Positions 23,666 to 23,745 of a DNA stretch of 23,745 nucleotides are shown here, piece by piece. Where the stretch lies: assembly GCA_016840095.1 (NCBI GenBank), contig JAEOSZ010000008.1, forward strand, positions 1 through 23,745, given 5' to 3'. The position numbers and the translations under genes were made by a program. The first letter of the stretch is position 1, and each line of letters begins with the position of its first letter. The notes under the pieces were generated by a model. The model was not told the DNA's origin and searched no databases. It was given only the letters and a program-made list of their open reading frames with translations. Source of the DNA: Candidatus Heimdallarchaeota archaeon (GTDB lineage Archaea; Asgardarchaeota; Heimdallarchaeia; Heimdallarchaeales; Heimdallarchaeaceae).

Positions 23666-23745
23666 CGTTGATTTCTTGTTTCAATTTTAAATTTTTCTAA
23701 TGCTCTGCTATTTCTTAGCCCAAGAATCTCTCAAAGTAATAATCC

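Overview
AT-rich archaeal chromosomal window. Alba, NucS/EndoMS, a FlaK/PibD-type peptidase, a RIO kinase and A1-U72 tRNA-Gln genes support an archaeal origin; an Asgard (Heimdallarchaeia-like) host is my inference only. From left to right it carries: a proline/sarcosine-dehydrogenase-type flavoprotein operon, an atypical P-type ATPase, a nucleotidyltransferase + degenerate KaiC/RAD55-like pair, a divergent Zn/Mn ABC transporter, several housekeeping genes, a solo TnpB element and a membrane-anchored QW-repeat protein. The right end has three tRNA-Gln-type genes spaced about 1.6 kb apart, interleaved with small-enzyme genes (SDR x2, HIT, TARG1-like macrodomain), with an NDT/DNPH1-like gene just upstream. 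Strongest leads: (1) a P2-scaffold ATPase whose M4 PEGLP motif is replaced by PISIP, the lipid-flippase (P4)-type signature, with the M6 Ca2+ ligands lost; (2) a tRNA-Gln-bodied gene with a 6-nt anticodon loop (foldable as a UUCG tetraloop), transcribed divergently from a HIT + TARG1-like operon, possibly a tRNA-mimic/nucleic-acid repair module; (3) the NTase + pseudo-KaiC pair; (4) a structured leader with a small uORF upstream of the RIO kinase. All family calls come from motif recognition by eye; no searches were run.
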